DNA of 64,000 bases, taken from the IMG/VR virus record IMGVR_UViG_3300037423_002564. One strand, written 5' to 3'. The DNA is from a virus. Numbering within the stretch: position 1 is the stretch's first letter; the number at the start of each line of letters is the position of its first letter. Shown one piece after another: positions 61,040 through 64,000 of the stretch. The notes under the pieces are model-generated. The model made no database searches and was not told the DNA's origin. It worked only from the letters and a program-made list of their open reading frames with translations. A program made the translations under genes and the position numbers.

Positions 61040-61738
61040 ATGTCGAAGCTGATGACCGGTGCGCTCCTCGCTGCCACGCTGGCGGGCTGCACCTTCAACG
61101 TCGTGAACCCGAAGGTCTCCGGCCTGGTGGCCGAAAAGGGCATCAACGTGAGCGGCCAGGTCAACGCGGTCGCCAATGTGACCACGCAGACGGCCGCGCC
61201 GGCGACGGTGCTTTCGACGGCGGCGCCCGCGGTGGCGACGCTGGAGGTGCCAGCCCCCGCGTCCACCCCCGTCCTCGCGACGCCGGCGCCGGCGGTGCCG
61301 ACCGTGGTGCCCACGCCCCGGCAGACGCCCGGCCCCGCCAAGCTGATCTTGGACGGGTTCGAGGCCCACGCCATCTCCGTCTACGGCGGCGACGGCAGCA
61401 CCGACGCCAAGGTGTCCGTCTTCCAGCCCGGGGACCGGGTCGCCATCCGGCCCCTCCTGAAGAACGTGGGCGGCTACCCGGCCACCGCGCCCCAGGTGGT
61501 GCCGACGAGCGACGACGCGCGCGCGGAGGTCTCGCTCTGCTACGGTGGCGAGCAGGCCCCCCTGGCCTACTACGACATCCCTGTGGGCGCGACCCAGGGG
61601 CCCTGGCACGCCGGCGGCGGCTTCTGCCTGGACATCTCCAAGCAGTGGCCCCATGGCAAGCCCATCAGCATCACCCTGCGCGTGCAGGACGGCAACGCGA
61701 ACACGTGGGGCCTGACGCTGGAGATTCCCGTGCTATGA
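61040..61738 (+). CDS. Putative lipoprotein with Pro/Thr/Ala linker and Ig-like domain
   Basis: MSKLMTGALLAATLAG-C lipobox; P/T/A-rich stalk; PGDRVAIRPLLKNVG; AAGGAGG RBS. Confidence 0.75.
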   Translation: MSKLMTGALLAATLAGCTFNVVNPKVSGLVAEKGINVSGQVNAVANVTTQTAAPATVLSTAAPAVATLEVPAPASTPVLATPAPAVPTVVPTPRQTPGPAKLILDGFEAHAISVYGGDGSTDAKVSVFQPGDRVAIRPLLKNVGGYPATAPQVVPTSDDARAEVSLCYGGEQAPLAYYDIPVGATQGPWHAGGGFCLDISKQWPHGKPISITLRVQDGNANTWGLTLEIPVL

Positions 61739-62178
61739 CCCCAGAACTCCTGAAGTCGCGCGTGATGAACATCGTGCGCGAGGACTTCCGGCTCACCTTC
61801 GAGCTGAACCCCGAAATGCGGCCCCTCATGCGCGGTCACACCGTCAGCATCGAGGGGCTGTCTGGTGAAGACATCCTGCCAGAGCTATCCCGCGCCCACA
61901 TCGAGCTGGTGGTGCTGGACGGCGAGCGCTGGGAGCGCCGCGGCCAGGTCGACTCCGACGAGGCGGCCGTGCGCGTGGCCGGCTACGCCACCTACGCCAT
62001 CAAGATCGGCTACGACGCCGGCCCCGAGGTCGGCGAGATAGGCGAGGGCTGGAAGGTGGTCCACGGCCTGGAGGGCATCGTGGCCCACCTCATCAAGGAA
62101 AACGACGAAGTGGCGGCGGAGCAAGAACGGTTCCGCAGCAGCGAGTACTTTGGGGACCACCCCGACGAGGAGGAATAA
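61735..62178 (+). CDS. Hypothetical protein
   Basis: ATGA overlap with the upstream gene. Confidence 0.6.
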   Translation: MTPELLKSRVMNIVREDFRLTFELNPEMRPLMRGHTVSIEGLSGEDILPELSRAHIELVVLDGERWERRGQVDSDEAAVRVAGYATYAIKIGYDAGPEVGEIGEGWKVVHGLEGIVAHLIKENDEVAAEQERFRSSEYFGDHPDEEE

Positions 62179-62179
62179 C

Positions 62180-63337
62180 TTGAAAACGTGGCTTGATGAA
62201 TACATCAAGTTCTCCGCCGAGACCTGGGACATGTTCATGGTGGCCTGCAAGAAGGCGATGGGCACCTACCTGAAGGTGGACTCGGTCTGGGAGAAGGCGT
62301 TCATGTGGAACCAGATGGCCTTCATGACCGACGAGACGGTCGGCATGAAGAGCGACGGGTCGGCGGTGCTGCCGCGGGACGTCGAGATCTTCCGCCGGTT
62401 CTACGTGGACCTGCTCAACCGGCTCTCGCCGTGGAGCTACGTCACCTTCGAGAACCTCTCCAACAAAGCGATCTACTACTTCGGCCCCTTCGCCGCCCAG
62501 GGCCACAAGGAACCCCTGAACCTCCAGATCGCCCCCGACCTGGCGGAGGACTTCCACGGCGCCCACGCGCCGGAGACGGAGATGTGGCGCGAGGTCTTCG
62601 ACCGCCACTCCGTGGTGTACCTCGACTTCCCACCCGGCACCTACACCTGGGACGACCAGTACGAGGTGCGCGCGGTCTTCGCCACCAACGACATCATGAG
62701 CGAGCGCGACCTGCGCTTCGTCTGGATGAAGCACGGCGAGCCGATGCTAAGTCCGCACTACCCCAAGCTCAACGTCATGGTGGTGCTGATGGAGAAGGGC
62801 AAGCTGTCCTTGGACAACGTGTTCCAGTTCGGCTTCGCGGAGAACGAACCCTGGAGCTTCTACGGCGGCCTGGAGCAGTGGAACGCCCGGGCGATCGCAG
62901 CCAAGGGCCAGGACCCGGTCGAAGCCTACAGCGGCACGATGCAGCACGTCGTGGACCTCATCAAGCTCTCGATCCTCTACCAGCAGACCAAGGAGAGCCC
63001 CACCGTCTTCCTGCCCCAGGTCGACATCCAGCAGGTCGAGGCCCTGCGAAACCCCAAGAAGCAGAAGACGCGCTTGCGCGAGAACAGCCTGTTCAAGGTG
63101 GCGCGCCTGTCGAGCCCCAAGGGCCGCTTCGGCCGCACCAACCAGGAGGCCAAGCCCCACGAGGGCTACCAACTGGGCCACCGCGTGGCGGTCCGCGGCC
63201 ACTTCCGCATGCAGGCGCACGGCCCCGGCTGGAGCGAGCGCCGGCTGCGGTGGATCGATGCCTTCGAGAAAGGACCGAAGGATGGTCCTATCAAGCCCCC
63301 CAAGCAAACCCTCCATGTGCTCAAGAAGGAGCTATAA
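62180..63337 (+). CDS. Hypothetical phage protein with C-terminal VRGHFR..RWI motif
   Basis: TTG after GAGGAGG; VRGHFRMQAHGPG..RRLRWI..FEKGP. Confidence 0.7.
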   Translation: MKTWLDEYIKFSAETWDMFMVACKKAMGTYLKVDSVWEKAFMWNQMAFMTDETVGMKSDGSAVLPRDVEIFRRFYVDLLNRLSPWSYVTFENLSNKAIYYFGPFAAQGHKEPLNLQIAPDLAEDFHGAHAPETEMWREVFDRHSVVYLDFPPGTYTWDDQYEVRAVFATNDIMSERDLRFVWMKHGEPMLSPHYPKLNVMVVLMEKGKLSLDNVFQFGFAENEPWSFYGGLEQWNARAIAAKGQDPVEAYSGTMQHVVDLIKLSILYQQTKESPTVFLPQVDIQQVEALRNPKKQKTRLRENSLFKVARLSSPKGRFGRTNQEAKPHEGYQLGHRVAVRGHFRMQAHGPGWSERRLRWIDAFEKGPKDGPIKPPKQTLHVLKKEL

Positions 63338-63341
63338 CCCC

Positions 63342-63824
63342 GTGTCCACCACCATCCCCCTGCCCACCCTGGCCTGCGACAACCCCGTCACGCTCAAGAA
63401 GCGCGAGTCGGACATCATGAACGCCCTGGTGGACCACCTCAACGACCTCTTGGGCGACGCGAAGAAGCGCACCCACGTCTACCGCTTCTCCACCAGCGAC
63501 CGCAAGGGCTTCGGCCTCTTCGTGGTCGACAGCAAGGGCGAGCTGAAGCGCATCGACCCACCCTTCAACCCCCGCGACCTGGACTACGACAGCATCCCCG
63601 AGAATGCCCACGACCGCAAGGCCGAGGTCCAGGCCCTGATGGACGACGACCGCGCCTACGCCGCGGCGTTGATGGGCTTCGACCAGCGCATCGGCGGCTG
63701 GCCCTGGCCCGAGAACACGATGTCCGGCGAGGGCCTCGAAGTCCTCAAGCACCTCTGCTTCCTGTGCGGCTGGGACGGGGAGGACACCAGCTCTATCGGC
63801 GTCGTCAGCTTCCCCGTCCACTAG
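63342..63824 (+). CDS. Hypothetical protein
   Basis: GTG after AAGGAG. Confidence 0.6.
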   Translation: MSTTIPLPTLACDNPVTLKKRESDIMNALVDHLNDLLGDAKKRTHVYRFSTSDRKGFGLFVVDSKGELKRIDPPFNPRDLDYDSIPENAHDRKAEVQALMDDDRAYAAALMGFDQRIGGWPWPENTMSGEGLEVLKHLCFLCGWDGEDTSSIGVVSFPVH

Positions 63825-63840
63825 AAGGAGATTCCCTCAA

Positions 63841-64000
63841 ATGCAGATTATCAGCCTCTCCGCGGAGAACGTGAAGCGCCTGGTCGCGGTCCACATCGAG
63901 CCCAAGGGCCCGGTGGTCCAGATCACCGGCAAGAACGCCAGCGGCAAGACCAGCGTCTTGGACTCCATCATGTGGGCTCTGGGCGGCAAGGAGACGATGG
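63841..64000 (+). CDS. SMC/Rad50(SbcC)-like ATPase, N-terminal fragment
   Basis: MQIISLSAENVKRL...ITGKNASGKTSVLDSIMWALGG Walker A; runs off the window. Confidence 0.85.
   Translation, partial: MQIISLSAENVKRLVAVHIEPKGPVVQITGKNASGKTSVLDSIMWALGGKETM

Noticed and set aside
22966-64000. Stop-codon reassignment as an explanation for the many short ORFs
   Set aside because: Long conserved genes end normally at TAG, TGA or TAA, and the following ORFs have their own RBS, usually in a different frame.
1-64000. tRNA genes, CRISPR arrays, integrase/transposase, reverse transcriptase or DGR, introns and inteins
   Set aside because: No supporting motifs seen by eye; the only T-arm motif noticed belongs to the tmRNA. 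A tRNAscan/Infernal run is needed to exclude them formally.

Overview
GC-rich window from a large contractile-tailed (myovirus-like, probably jumbo) bacteriophage. No host housekeeping operons, rRNA, CRISPR array or IS element are visible. 1-22.8 kb is mostly a virion module: tail sheath, sigma70-family factor, tail/baseplate proteins, portal, spike-like protein, gp25-like wedge and baseplate J. It is interrupted at 8.5-11.3 kb by an adenine methyltransferase (M.HpyI/M.NlaIII-like), a candidate ~445-nt structured ncRNA with its own promoter, a tmRNA with a predicted 35-aa tag, and phoH. 22.9-64 kb is a single + strand array of early/accessory genes: nucleotidyltransferase fusion, MoxR-like AAA with a vWA/metallopeptidase partner, HD protein, Rad52/Sak annealase, Lar-like protein, a lipoprotein, an SMC/Rad50-like ATPase and about 70 small hypothetical proteins. 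Main unexplained signals: (1) the peptide motif DSGR or a close variant occurs once each in 14 dissimilar accessory proteins, eight of them consecutive, and in a Cys-rich segment of the portal, with different serine codon families; (2) the unassigned large ncRNA beside the tmRNA; (3) a GGG-NCCA-CCC hairpin at the translation start of 9 accessory genes; (4) a GGTAG-core operator/promoter family in the structural module. All family assignments come from motif recognition by eye; no database search was run.
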